Assembly (NCBI GenBank): GCA_963847625.1
Contig: CAWKAR010000030.1
Location: 1-45,261, forward strand
Length of the DNA stretch: 45,261 nucleotides
Direction of reading: 5' to 3'
Origin: a candidate division FCPU426 bacterium
GTDB taxonomy: Bacteria; Oederibacteriota; Muellerivitia; Muellerivitales; Muellerivitaceae
Numbering within the stretch: the stretch's first letter is position 1; the number at the start of each line of letters is the position of its first letter. Shown piece by piece: positions 29,942 to 40,310 of the stretch. The position numbers and the translations under genes are program-made. The notes below the pieces were generated by a model, which did not search any database, was not told where the DNA came from, and was given only the letters and a program-made list of their open reading frames with translations.

Positions 29942-32585
29942 TCAGCGCCACCCCGCGGGGGCGGGATTTTGCGCCGGCGCGCCCAATAGACCTATTTGCT
30001 TTCCACCCACCCACATCGAAATTTCCGGGATCGCCCGTTCTTGGAGGTAAGTGTCATAAACAACCGTGTGGTTTCCCACCGTCAAATCCACCTTTTTCTC
30101 CCCGGCTAGGACCTCTTGGTAGGGCTTCAGGTACAGGATCTCCTTGCCGTCAATTTGCAGTTTCACATGGTTGACGGTCTTAGCCTTGAAAGTGACCTGG
30201 GCTTCCGCCGGCTGGTTGAAGCTTCCCTTCAAATGCACGAGCCTTCCACCCATTTCGGGGATCACAGGATCGTAGGGGCTCGGGACGCTTTCTTCCCTTT
30301 CGATCATTCCGCAACCCAGGATGTTGCGGCCCATGAAATAGTCCCTCGTCCAGTTTTCCGCGGGAAACCGCTGGTAATAAAACATCTTGCCGTATTCTTC
30401 GGTAATTTCCGCGGCCGGGATGAGCGCCCGGCGGCCCATCTGCCGGATATCCTGAAAACCACCCAATCGGATGTCTTCCCAGGAAACATTCTTGAACTGG
30501 CTTTCGATGCGGCCCTTTGTTTTCGTATCGTTAACGGACATGATCACAACCACGTCCTTGGGGCTTTCCCCGGCCCTTAAGGGGATCGAGTTCTCATCCG
30601 TCAAAGAGTAAAAATCCAGGCCCTGGTCCAGGACCGTCAGGGTGGACGGCGACACGAAAAAGGGAAAGAGGGCGATATAGACGCGGTCGCGGGGGGCATA
30701 TTTCGCCACCTGGAGGGCGGCCGCCGTGTCCGCGCTCTCGATGTTGAAATATTTTAACCAGACTTTCTCGTAGGTCCCGCGGGTAGCCCACCCGAAATAA
30801 GCCGCCAGAAGAAGGGCCAACAGGATGGCGAGTCCGCGCCGGAAGGATCGAAGGGCCGAGTAAACCTGCCGAACTCCCAACCCTCCCAAAACCGAGAGGG
30901 GGGCCATGATGCCCACCAACTTGCCCACGTGGGGATCGATGGAAAGAACGTGGGGTGAAATCCCCACGAAAAAGCAGGCCAGCAGGAATGTTTTCATCCA
31001 AGTCGGCTGGGCCAAAAAGGGAAACCAGCCCCAGGATGAAAATCGGGATGAAATGGAAATCGAAGAAGGCGTCTCCCGGAATGTTCGAATCCGCCCTATC
31101 CAACCCTGCCGAGAAGACGGCTTGAAGGGTGACCCAAACCTTGTTGGTAAAGGTCCGGATGGCGTCCGAGGTGTAGTTGACGGTTAAGTTGGTCCGGTCA
31201 TGGAAAATGGAAAGGGGCGTGGTATGAACCGCCAAAAGGGGGCTGGAAGCCAGGGGATAAGCCAGGGCCGCGGCCAGGAAAACCCCGAGGAAAAACCGGG
31301 GCGCCAGGGATGTGCGGTTCGCCGTCATTGCTTCCGACAGGGAGCGCTTGAAAAAATACCACAGGATGACCAAGGCGGCCAAGCCGACCCATCCCTGGTT
31401 CAAGAAAACGATCAAGCCGTTTTTCATGGGCAGGAAATTGTTCCGCAATAGGAACACGAAAACCCACGCCAGGAGGGTCCCCCAGCCCAGCAGAAAATCC
31501 CACTTCCCTTTCCCTTCATTTTGTTTGCTGAACCAAATCCAGAACATGACCACCGCCACGAGGAAAGGGAGCCATGGCCGAACCGCGGTGTAATTGTAGG
31601 GCATGAATCCCAGCGCCAGGCCCCAGAGGATGAAATGCTTGAAATCGGGTTTCTTGAACAAGCGCACCGTCATGAGCATGGCCAAGGCCACGGCCATGGG
31701 GACGGTCACCTGGGTGAACCCGAGGAGGTTGCAGATGATCATGGGCTTGCTGACGGCGGCAAGGCCGGCCGCCACGATTCCCGTCCACCGCCCGCCGATT
31801 TCCTTCCCTAGCAGGTAGAAAAGCCATACGCCTATCATGTCGATGAGGGCGCATCCGAATCGTTGGACGAAAAGCATGTAGGCGTTGGGCATGAGGGACC
31901 ACAGCCCCGCCAGGTAATAGGAGAAAAAGGGTTCCCGGTTCCCGTCGGGAACGAACATGTAGCGGTCATGGAACTCCAAAACCCCGCGGGGATCGATGAT
32001 GCATTTGGCGTTGTCGTCCCAGTAGAGGCCCAGGGGGTCGTGAATGCGGTACAGCCGCATGAAAGCGGCCACGGCGAAGATCGCCCAGAAACAAATCCGG
32101 GCCCAGTTTTTGGGAAGGTCGTGCTCCTCCCCGATTTTCGGCAAATACCGCCAAAACGCCGCCATCAATCCGATGCCGGCCGCGAAATAAAGCTCGGGCG
32201 AGGCGAACAGCAGGTTCGGGAAGGAGGAAAAAGCGTAGCTGAAGTTATGGTAGTGCCCGACTGAAACCGTGAAAAGGGCCCATCCCAATCCGATGAGGGT
32301 CAGGGGATAGAAAGGCGTCGGAAAACTCATGAAGCCGGAGAGGAAGGTGAAAAAGGTGATGCTGATAAAAAGCATCGCGGTATCGGGATGGTGCCCCCGC
32401 CAAAAATAAAGCCCCAAGCACAGGGTGATGACCGCGAGGGCCTTGGACCACGCGGGCATGGGAGGTTTCGGGGGAAGCGGGGCCTGGAATTCCGCGGCCA
32501 GGAATTCGGGGGACGGAACCAAAATGGCTTTTCGCCTCTTGGAGTGGGAAGAAACGGTCCTCTTGGCTTTTCGTTTAGGGGGCAT
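29942..32585 (-). pseudogene. Frameshifted paralog of the 25511-28159 GT-C/PA14-like gene
   Basis: Full-length similarity is split by one extra base in the run at 31014-31018 (CTT TTT GGC versus CTT TTA GCC in the paralog). This may be a sequencing error. Confidence 0.8.
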
Positions 32586-33388
32586 CGCGGATAACCTCCG
32601 GTTTTTTAGGGTAAATCATAGGGCCTTCCTAATGGCCTGCAACAAATATTCACGGCATGGATAATAACGAAAATCACTCTTTTTTGGCAAGAAACTGGGG
32701 CGGGCAGGGTGGCCTGCGGAGGGGGTTTGGCCTCATATATAGGTGTGCTTAATTACCTTGTGACTAGGGTGTTGGGGTAGGGGTGGGCGTATTCATAGGG
32801 GTTTTCGAGGATGTGGCTGTGGGAGTAGTCGTGGTAGTGGGAGTCGGAGTCGGTGACATATAACCCCCAGCCACTTTCAAAAGATCGTATGCCAGTCCGT
32901 AATAGGGGAACACGAAGAAAATCTCCCCACTGTCGAACCAATTAATTGCCGCATGACTCCCGATAACATAGCCTTGTACGTCCGTTAATTGGGTTGCGAT
33001 GTCCCCTTGGGCGTTGGGTGATAAAACATAATCCAATTCTGGACTCCCGCTGAAATTCCCATTAAACGTCATGGTGGTACTGTAACTTGTCGTTAAGGTC
33101 GTTCCGGAATCTACCATTATCACTTCTTGGATATTGCTGGCAAGATTCCCATCCAAGGTGGTTGTAAAAGTGTAGCTGGTGTAGTCTTTAGCGCAATAGT
33201 TATCCCCTGGTAAAAATTCGCTTTCTGTAAAATTATAGCCCACCACGGTCGTTCCAGCGGAGACCGGTTGGCCGCCGCCCAAATAGATAGGAGGATGAGG
33301 TGTGGGGGAAAATTGATAAAAAATCATCACTTTACTGCAACCGATGGGAGTGACTGTCGGCGAAGATGTAAATGTAATCGTAGAAGTA

Positions 33389-34264
33389 TTAGTGGGGGTA
33401 GTGACCTTCCCCCAATGTTTGATCCAAATTTAAGTTAGTTAAGGCCCAACTTTTCGGCCTTTGCTTCCATTGGGGTTTTTCCCCCAAACTGCTGTGCGGT
33501 CTCTGCCAGTTATACACCTGCCTCCACCAATCCACGACTACCTGGGCCTCCGCTTTTGAAAGAAAAATTTCTTGGTTCAGGCACTCATCCCTAAACTTTC
33601 CGTTGAAACTTTCGATGAATCCATTCTGCCATGGACTCCCTGGTTCGATATATAGCACCTCTACGCCCTTCTCCTCAAGCCAGTTCCTCAGTTCTTTCGC
33701 CACGAACTCTGGCCCGTTGTCCACCCGCAGGCACTTTGGTGTCCCGTACTCCGTCATCAACTCGTCCAGCGTCTCCAGCACGTCCCGGCTTCTCATTCGC
33801 TTCTCCGCCCGGATCTCCAAGCATTCCCTAAATCCTTCATCCAACACCGTCAAAAACTTCACCTTTCCCCCGAACCATGTCAGGTCATGCACGAAGTCCA
33901 TCGTCCACACCTCGTTGGAACCCAAAGCCGGGTGGGGCCTTCTCCATTCCGTCGGAACCCTCTTCTTCCTGGGTCTCCTGCGCGGTAATTGAAGCCCTGC
34001 TACCTGGTAGAGCCTCTCCACCCGCTTGTGATTCACATCAAGGCCTCTGCGTTCCAACATCCACAACATCCGAGGGCTTCCGAAACGTCGGTTTCTTTGC
34101 GCTAACTTAACCATTTCCTGCAGGATCACCTGGTTCAACGGATCTTCTGGCTGGGCCTCATATCGAAAACTCGATCGATTTACCCCAAGAACATCACAGG
34201 CTCGTCTTTCCGGTACTTCCTGAGCCTTCAGGGCTTCCACCATGCCTTTTTGCTCCTCGATCAA
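33389..34264 (-). CDS. IS3 transposase OrfB (DDE)
   Basis: Motifs WTMDF, RVDNGPEF, PWQNGFIESFNG and RPHSSLG. The C-terminus runs through the IR, which suggests a 1-nt indel. Confidence 0.92.
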   Translation of the reverse strand: MIEEQKGMVEALKAQEVPERRACDVLGVNRSSFRYEAQPEDPLNQVILQEMVKLAQRNRRFGSPRMLWMLERRGLDVNHKRVERLYQVAGLQLPRRRPRKKRVPTEWRRPHPALGSNEVWTMDFVHDLTWFGGKVKFLTVLDEGFRECLEIRAEKRMRSRDVLETLDELMTEYGTPKCLRVDNGPEFVAKELRNWLEEKGVEVLYIEPGSPWQNGFIESFNGKFRDECLNQEIFLSKAEAQVVVDWWRQVYNWQRPHSSLGEKPQWKQRPKSWALTNLNLDQTLGEGHYPH

Positions 34265-34595
34265 TACCCCTTTTTTTTATGTGCTCTTGGAGAACCTGAA
34301 TAGCCAGGGCCTGATCACCCGCTAACTGCTTGAGTTTCCGGTTTTCTTCTTCCAGCTGTTTGATGCGGTGGACTTCGGAAACTCCAAGGCTTCCGTACAT
34401 GCGTTTCCAGCGGTAGTAAGTCTGCTCGGAAATGCCATGCTTTCGGAGAACTTCCTCAACGGCGGGAGCTTTCTCCGCCTCGCGGAGAATAGCCACTATC
34501 TGCTCAGATAAAAACCGTTTCTTTGCCATCTTTCCCCTCCCGATCTATAATCCAAAACTAACATATTTTTGGATCAGTTTTCGGGGGAAAGGTCA
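33402..34595 (-). mobile_element. IS3-family element (1194 bp, IS407-like)
   Basis: Inverted repeats TGACCTTCCCCCAATGTTTGATCCAA and TGACCTTTCCCCCGAAAACTGATCCAA (reverse complement). The 4-bp TSD GTAG is at 33398-33401 and 34596-34599. Confidence 0.95.
34194..34529 (-). CDS. IS3 transposase OrfA
   Basis: 'MAKKRFLSEQIVAILRE...HGISEQTYYRWKRMYG...LEEENRKLK'. An A8G4 slippery run lies at about 34267-34278. Confidence 0.9.
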   Translation of the reverse strand: MAKKRFLSEQIVAILREAEKAPAVEEVLRKHGISEQTYYRWKRMYGSLGVSEVHRIKQLEEENRKLKQLAGDQALAIQVLQEHIKKRGIDRGAKRHGGSPEGSGSTGKTSL

Positions 34596-35237
34596 GTAGA
34601 AGTATAGGTCGACAAGGTTCCCGTGGATGTTAAGGTGAATGTCAACGTTGGTGTGGGGGTATTGGTCGAAGTGTAGGTTGGCAAAGTCCCGGTGCAGGTG
34701 GGTGTAGATGTGTTGGTGGGTGTGGATGAGGGTGTGGGTGAGGATGTGATGGTGGGTGTAGGAGTGTCGGTGGGTGTAAAAGTTAAAGTCGGGGTTGGGA
34801 GTGATGTATTAGAAGTTGCAGTCGGGGTAATTATAACCGTTGGGCTCAGGGTTGCCGTTGGATTTGGCACAGGCATTGAGGGCGTGGAGAAGTTTTTGCT
34901 GCAAGCAATGAATATTGTTCCAAGCAAGATAAAATCTAAACAAATCCAAATCCCAGGTTTTTCCATCCATCCCCCTCCATCCATTGTCTCTCTCTAGACT
35001 CCCTTCCCTCCGAAAAAATCCAAAAAAAGTGAAAATTTTCCGGAAAGGGGCCTGAATAAAGGGGTTTTCAGGATGAAAAACTCGGTCTGGCTGGCGGGGT
35101 GTGCTTATTGTTGAAATCGCGGGGGAAAGACGGCTTACGAATAAGGATTCGTTATATAGGAAGTTGCCGGTGATGACAGCAAATTCACCACAAGATTTTC
35201 GCCCTTTGAAAATCCTCCACAATTCAAAATTTACAAT

Positions 35238-36289
35238 GCTGAATTCAACCAGTAAGTGCAACACCTTGACTAAAGACCTGCTCCGGCGTTTTGAAACGAA
35301 GGCACTTGCGAGGACGATGGTTTAGGATCCGTTCCACGCGTCGTACATTCGCTGGGGTTATAGTAGCAAAATCCGTTTTCTTGGGATAGAAGCGACGAAC
35401 AAGACCTGCAGTATTTTCAACACAACCTTTCTCCCAACTGTGGAAGGGCAAACAAAAGAATGAACGAGTGCCTGAAACACGATTCACCTGGAGATGTTCG
35501 ACGTTTTCGGAGCCATTGTCGTATGTGATGGTACGGCGGAGGCCTTTTGAAATCCGAACCAACCGACGGTTGATTGCGGCTCTAGTGTGGAAAGCTGATT
35601 TTTGAGGTAGCCAAGCCAGTTTCACCAGACGACTTTTGCGCTCGACCATAACCAGAAGTGAGGGTTTGCTTTTCCGGGAGATGATGGTGTCGGCCTCCCA
35701 GTGCCCGAATTGCTGTCTTGTTTCAACGATAGCTGGTCGTTGGGTAATGGGAGTACGTTGAGGAATATGGCTTTTGCGATGTTTTTGAGTGTGCCAACGT
35801 CGCAAACGTTTTCGATGGGCCCGGGCTAGATGAGGAATGAGGTTTCGAGCTTCGCAGTAGATGAATTGATAGATGGCTTCATGGGAAACGGAAAGTTTTG
35901 GTTTCTCCCGGCGAAGAAAACCGGCAATTTGCTCGGGCGAGAGTCCACGAGGTATTTCTCGCAGTACTAAACGGCGAATCTCAGGATTTTTAAGCCTTAA
36001 ATGAGTACGTGAAAGACGGTTTCGGTGTTCTGCACGCATGTGAGCTCTGGCGGGCAGGTAGCGGCGAGATCGTATAGGAGGGGCGTTGCGCTTCAGTTCT
36101 CGGGAAATGCTGGATACATCACGGCCCAGACGGCGTGCGATTTCCCGAAGGGAGAGGCCTTCAGCATTCCAAACTGAAATTTCTTCACGTTCGGCTAACG
36201 ACAGATGCTTGTAGGATGATTTCATAGCACTTAGGATAACCCCCGGGTTCTGCCGGGTCTAAGTGTTGCACTTCGTTATTGAACTGGGG
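35238..36289 (-). mobile_element. IS30-family element (1052 bp)
   Basis: Imperfect inverted repeats ..TTCAACCAGTAAGTGCAACAC / GTGTTGCACTTCGTTATTGAA.. with AAT duplicated at 35235-35237 and 36290-36292. Confidence 0.85.
35245..36225 (-). CDS. IS30-family transposase
   Basis: Motifs 'YKHLSLAERE..SLREIARRLGRDVSSISRELKRN', 'SPEQIAG', 'HWEADT', 'TYDNGSE' and 'WEKGCVEN'. Confidence 0.95.
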   Translation of the reverse strand: MKSSYKHLSLAEREEISVWNAEGLSLREIARRLGRDVSSISRELKRNAPPIRSRRYLPARAHMRAEHRNRLSRTHLRLKNPEIRRLVLREIPRGLSPEQIAGFLRREKPKLSVSHEAIYQFIYCEARNLIPHLARAHRKRLRRWHTQKHRKSHIPQRTPITQRPAIVETRQQFGHWEADTIISRKSKPSLLVMVERKSRLVKLAWLPQKSAFHTRAAINRRLVRISKGLRRTITYDNGSENVEHLQVNRVSGTRSFFCLPFHSWEKGCVENTAGLVRRFYPKKTDFATITPANVRRVERILNHRPRKCLRFKTPEQVFSQGVALTG

Positions 36290-36323
36290 AATTTAAAATT
36301 CATCATTCCCTGTTTTTCAGGGG

Positions 36324-37100
36324 TCACGGGGTCATTGCACAACGGCACCCAAAAGTCGGGTTTCTCACGTCGGCCGTGCTCCAATTGCGGTTTGCAGCTC
36401 TTAACAGATCCGGCCCGTTCCTCCAGGACCCTCCCCTCAACACCTTGTACTTCCCCTGGTCCGGCCCCTTCGGATTCCTCGCCGGGCTCTTGAAATAATA
36501 TTCTTCCCCGTACCAATCCGCGCACCACTCCCAGAGATTCCCCAGCATGTCGTACAACGCGTAGGGGTTCATGCTCTTTTGCGCGGCCGGATGGGCCTGG
36601 TCGCCGGAATTGTCCGAGTCCCAGGCGTTGTCCCCCAACCCTGCGGGGTTGTCGCCCCAGTAATAAACCGTGTTCGTTCCTCCCCGCGCCGCCTTCTCCC
36701 ATTCCGCCTCGGTGGGAAGCCGTTTCTTAGCCCAGGAACAAAAAGCGCTCGCGTCGTTCCAGTTGAGATGGTGGACCGGCATGTTGTCCCGGCCCCACCC
36801 GTCGTCCGCCGGCTTTTCCCAACCGGTCGCCAGGCAGAACTTGTCGAACTGGGCGTAAGTCACCAGGGTCTGGTCGATGTAGAAGGCGTCCACCCATACC
36901 TTGTGCTTGGGTCTCTCCGCGATGCCGCCTTGCCCGGCCGGGGAGCCCATCTTGAAGTACCCCGCCGGGATCAGGATCATCTTGACCCCGTCCTTCCCCA
37001 TGATCCCATTCATCTTGCGGACCTTCCCCAGGCCCGACTGCGCGCTCCAGAGCGCCACGGCGGATGCCAGAATGAGGACGAGTAGGTTTTTGAGTTTCAT
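36324..37100 (-). CDS. Secreted FGE-sulfatase (SUMF1/PvdO-like) family protein
   Basis: Signal peptide, 'IPAGYFKMGS', 'RLPTEAEWEKAARGG', 'LYDMLGNLWEWC' and 'VLRGGSW'. Confidence 0.92.
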   Translation of the reverse strand: MKLKNLLVLILASAVALWSAQSGLGKVRKMNGIMGKDGVKMILIPAGYFKMGSPAGQGGIAERPKHKVWVDAFYIDQTLVTYAQFDKFCLATGWEKPADDGWGRDNMPVHHLNWNDASAFCSWAKKRLPTEAEWEKAARGGTNTVYYWGDNPAGLGDNAWDSDNSGDQAHPAAQKSMNPYALYDMLGNLWEWCADWYGEEYYFKSPARNPKGPDQGKYKVLRGGSWRNGPDLLRAANRNWSTADVRNPTFGCRCAMTP

Positions 37101-37487
37101 TCCAAATCCTTTAGCAGGCCACTTTTTAGCTCGGCTTATAGCCGGTGGTTCCCCAGGATTTTACCAGTTTTTTGAGGTTGTCTGCTTCCGATGTGGAGTT
37201 TTGAGACCTTGCCCGAAACGAAATCTCCGAACCATGCATTACAAGATGGCTGATTTCTTAACTAAATCCTTTAAAAATCAGCGATTATGAGTTTGTTTGG
37301 AATAAAGTTATTTATAAATCACTATATATATAGGGACTTCACTGCCATGTTGTCCTTACGGCCATCCTTTGGGCCAAAGACCCCGTAACGGAAAATAAAT
37401 GATATTCTTGAACTTAATACAAAATAACCCAAGAGCGAACCTCGTACCCAAAAAATAAGCCGTTCCCCTCAGAGGAGAAACTATCCA

Positions 37488-40310
37488 ATGGATAGTCAGA
37501 AAACCAGTTTATATAGAAGTGTTATGGGTCTTTTGGTCTTCAGCACCGCGGTCTATTTCTGCCTGGGCGCCGCCGGTTCCGGTCCCCATTCCAAGGTTCA
37601 ACCTCCGGCTCAATCCCGGTACACCCAAGCGCATCCCGCCAGCCAGATACAATTCAACCAAGCCTACGGCAAACTTCCCCTTTACTTCGAGCCCAACCTG
37701 GGCCAGGTCCGTTCAACAGTTTCAGGACAAGCCGACCCGCAAGTGAGGTTCGTTTCCAGGGGAAGCGGCTATTCCCTTTTCGTCACTCCCCGCGAGGCGG
37801 TGCTGGTCCTGAAAAAACCAAACAAAGAACTTTCATCCCAAAAGCGTAAAGGCCTGGGATTCCGGCTTCCCAATCCTCACCCCTCACCCTCATATGATGT
37901 CCTGCGCATGAGGCTGGAAGGGGCCGATCCCAAGGCCGAATGGCGCGGTGAGGAGAAGATGGAAGGAACGGCCAATTACTTCCTCGGCAATGATCCTTCG
38001 AGGTGGCGGACGAAAGTTCCCATGTACGCCAAAGTGAAAGCCCAGAATGTCTATCCCGGCATCGACATGGTTTATTACGGCAGCCAAAGGCAGTTGGAAT
38101 ACGACTTTGTCGTGAACCCCGGCGCCGACCCGGGCGCCATCGAGTTGACATATGAGGGCGCGAAGGAGGCGGAAATCGACGATCAAGGGAACCTTGTCCT
38201 GAAAGCCCCCGGCGGGAATGTATCCTTCAAGACCCCCCGGATTTATCAACCTACCGCCGAAGGAGAGGTCAATGTGACCGGCCGTTATGTCCCGAGGGGT
38301 GAAAACAAATTCGGATTCGAGTTGGGGGCATACGACAAGACCGGGCCCTTGGTGATCGATCCGGCATTGGCCCTGGCTTATTCCACCTATCTCGGCGGAA
38401 TCCAACAGGATAATGGCGCCAGAATAGTCGTGGACGCGGGCGGGTACGCCTACGTGACCGGTTTTGGGGGTTCCGCCTTCCCGACGACACCCGGGGCGTT
38501 CCAAACGGCATACGGAGGGGTATGGATCGACGCTTATGTGTCCAAGTTAAGTCCGGATGGTTCGACTCTTCTTTATTCGACCTATCTGGGGGGGAACACC
38601 GATGACCGGGGCCAGGACATCGCACTGGATTCGAAAGGGGATGCTTTCATTACCGGATGGACCGCTTCCGCGAATTTTCCCACCACCCCAGGCGCTTATC
38701 AAACCGTCTTAAGTGGAAGTAATGACGCCATTGTGGCTGAAATCGATCCGACTGGTTCGTCGTTGCTTTATTCAACATATCTGGGCGGCACGGGCGATGA
38801 CGGCGGTTACGGAATCGCCCTGGACGCGAATGGCGGGATTTACGTGACGGGGTATGCCAGCGCCGGTTTTCCCACCACCACGGGAGCCTACCAAACCGCT
38901 ATTCCGGGAACTTACGCCAGCTTCGTGGCCAAATTGAACCCCAACGGATTTGGTAGCGCGGACCTGGTTTATTCCACCTATTTGGGGCCATCTTATTATA
39001 CGTACGGGGGTTATGGGATCGCGGTGGATGCCGCCGGCAACGCACTTGTGGCAGGATGCGCCCAAGCGGGGTTCCCCACCACCGCCGGCGCGTATCAAAC
39101 GGCCTTTGGCACATACTCACACGACCCTTTCTTGACCAAGCTGAACGCCGACGGATCGGCTTTGCTCTATTCCACTTTTATAGGGTATTGGTTTGGCCTT
39201 GCCCTGGCGGTGGACGGGAACGGCGATGCCTACATGACCGGATATTCCGGGACGGGTTTTCCCACAACACCGGGTGCCTTCCAAACGGTCGATATCAGCG
39301 GCGGACTTATCGCCTATGTAGCCAAGATTCACCCCGCGGGGGGCGGAACCGCGGACTTGGTCTATTCGACTTATTTGACATCGAGCGGCGGCGATGTGGT
39401 GGGTATGGGCATCGCGGTGGACTCAAGCGGGGACGCCTACGTGACCGGAACCGCGGACCCGGGGTTCACCATAACAGCGGGGGCCTTGCAAACAGCCGCT
39501 CTAGCCCCCGAATATAATTCCTTCATAGCCGAGTTGAACCCGGGCGGATCTGCCCTCATCTATTCGACTTACTTGTCCGGGACCATAGATACCGTCAGCG
39601 AGGGCATCACGGTCGACTCAAGCGGAGGGATCTATGTGACGGGATACACCGATACTGGTTTTCCCATGACCTCGGGTGCCTACCAAACGATTTATGGCGG
39701 CGGTTTTAGCGACGTCTTCGTAACTAAATTAGGTGGAGGACCTTTTATTACACCCACGGCGACGCTTACTCCGGCGATCACCAACACACCTCCCCCCACT
39801 AACACACCCACGAACACGCCTACGCCTACCAACACGCCGACTGTCACCTCGACTCCAACAATTACCAATACCCCCACGGTGACCCTTACGCCTACGGCCA
39901 CCAACTCACCTACTCAAACCCGGACACCGACGAATACCTCGTCCCCCACCGCAACCCCTATTCCGGCTTCCACATCCACATCAACTGTTACCCCGACGCC
40001 GACCTCAACACCCCTTCCTTCCTGCGACGAGTTCTACATCTCAAAAAACGCGTACTTCCCATCTAACGGGCCCATCTCGATCTACGTCTCTTATTGCCAG
40101 TATCCCGGTAATTACTCTTTGAAGGTTTATAACTCAGCGGGAGAACACATCAAAACCTTGGATGAGCAGTATTTAGAAGCGCCTATTGCCGCATCTTACC
40201 AATGGGATGGGAAAAACAAATACGGGGACCCCTGCGCCAGCGGAGTCTATATCTTTTACCTGGTCGAGCCTTACAACCGCCACATGAAAAGGGTGCTTCT
40301 TTTAAAGTAA
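37488..40310 (+). CDS. SBBP-repeat surface protein with a Thr/Pro stalk and a FlgD-Ig/T9SS-like C-terminal domain
   Basis: The N-domain reads 'LPLYFEPNLGQ...NYFLGNDP..W...YPGID..YYG...LEYDFVV'. It is followed by repeats 'YSTYLGG...IAVD..G.AYVTG...FPTT.GAYQT' and a ~90-aa TPT tract. The C-terminus reads 'LKVYNSAGEHIKTL...WDGKN..G...ASGVYI'. Confidence 0.9.
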   Translation: MDSQKTSLYRSVMGLLVFSTAVYFCLGAAGSGPHSKVQPPAQSRYTQAHPASQIQFNQAYGKLPLYFEPNLGQVRSTVSGQADPQVRFVSRGSGYSLFVTPREAVLVLKKPNKELSSQKRKGLGFRLPNPHPSPSYDVLRMRLEGADPKAEWRGEEKMEGTANYFLGNDPSRWRTKVPMYAKVKAQNVYPGIDMVYYGSQRQLEYDFVVNPGADPGAIELTYEGAKEAEIDDQGNLVLKAPGGNVSFKTPRIYQPTAEGEVNVTGRYVPRGENKFGFELGAYDKTGPLVIDPALALAYSTYLGGIQQDNGARIVVDAGGYAYVTGFGGSAFPTTPGAFQTAYGGVWIDAYVSKLSPDGSTLLYSTYLGGNTDDRGQDIALDSKGDAFITGWTASANFPTTPGAYQTVLSGSNDAIVAEIDPTGSSLLYSTYLGGTGDDGGYGIALDANGGIYVTGYASAGFPTTTGAYQTAIPGTYASFVAKLNPNGFGSADLVYSTYLGPSYYTYGGYGIAVDAAGNALVAGCAQAGFPTTAGAYQTAFGTYSHDPFLTKLNADGSALLYSTFIGYWFGLALAVDGNGDAYMTGYSGTGFPTTPGAFQTVDISGGLIAYVAKIHPAGGGTADLVYSTYLTSSGGDVVGMGIAVDSSGDAYVTGTADPGFTITAGALQTAALAPEYNSFIAELNPGGSALIYSTYLSGTIDTVSEGITVDSSGGIYVTGYTDTGFPMTSGAYQTIYGGGFSDVFVTKLGGGPFITPTATLTPAITNTPPPTNTPTNTPTPTNTPTVTSTPTITNTPTVTLTPTATNSPTQTRTPTNTSSPTATPIPASTSTSTVTPTPTSTPLPSCDEFYISKNAYFPSNGPISIYVSYCQYPGNYSLKVYNSAGEHIKTLDEQYLEAPIAASYQWDGKNKYGDPCASGVYIFYLVEPYNRHMKRVLLLK

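Larger units (their letters stand above)
32764..34984 (-). pseudogene. Thr-rich lipoprotein gene interrupted by IS3
   Basis: The 5' part (lipobox IFIAC, TPT tract) lies at 34596-34984. Removing the IS and one GTAG restores the frame ...STYTST-PTNTSTITFTSSPTVTPIGCSKVMIF... into the 32764-33330 ORF. Confidence 0.9.

Noticed and set aside
36324..37100. FGE/CLec-fold gene as a diversity-generating retroelement target
   Set aside because: I saw no template-repeat copy of its 3' end and no reverse transcriptase in the window.
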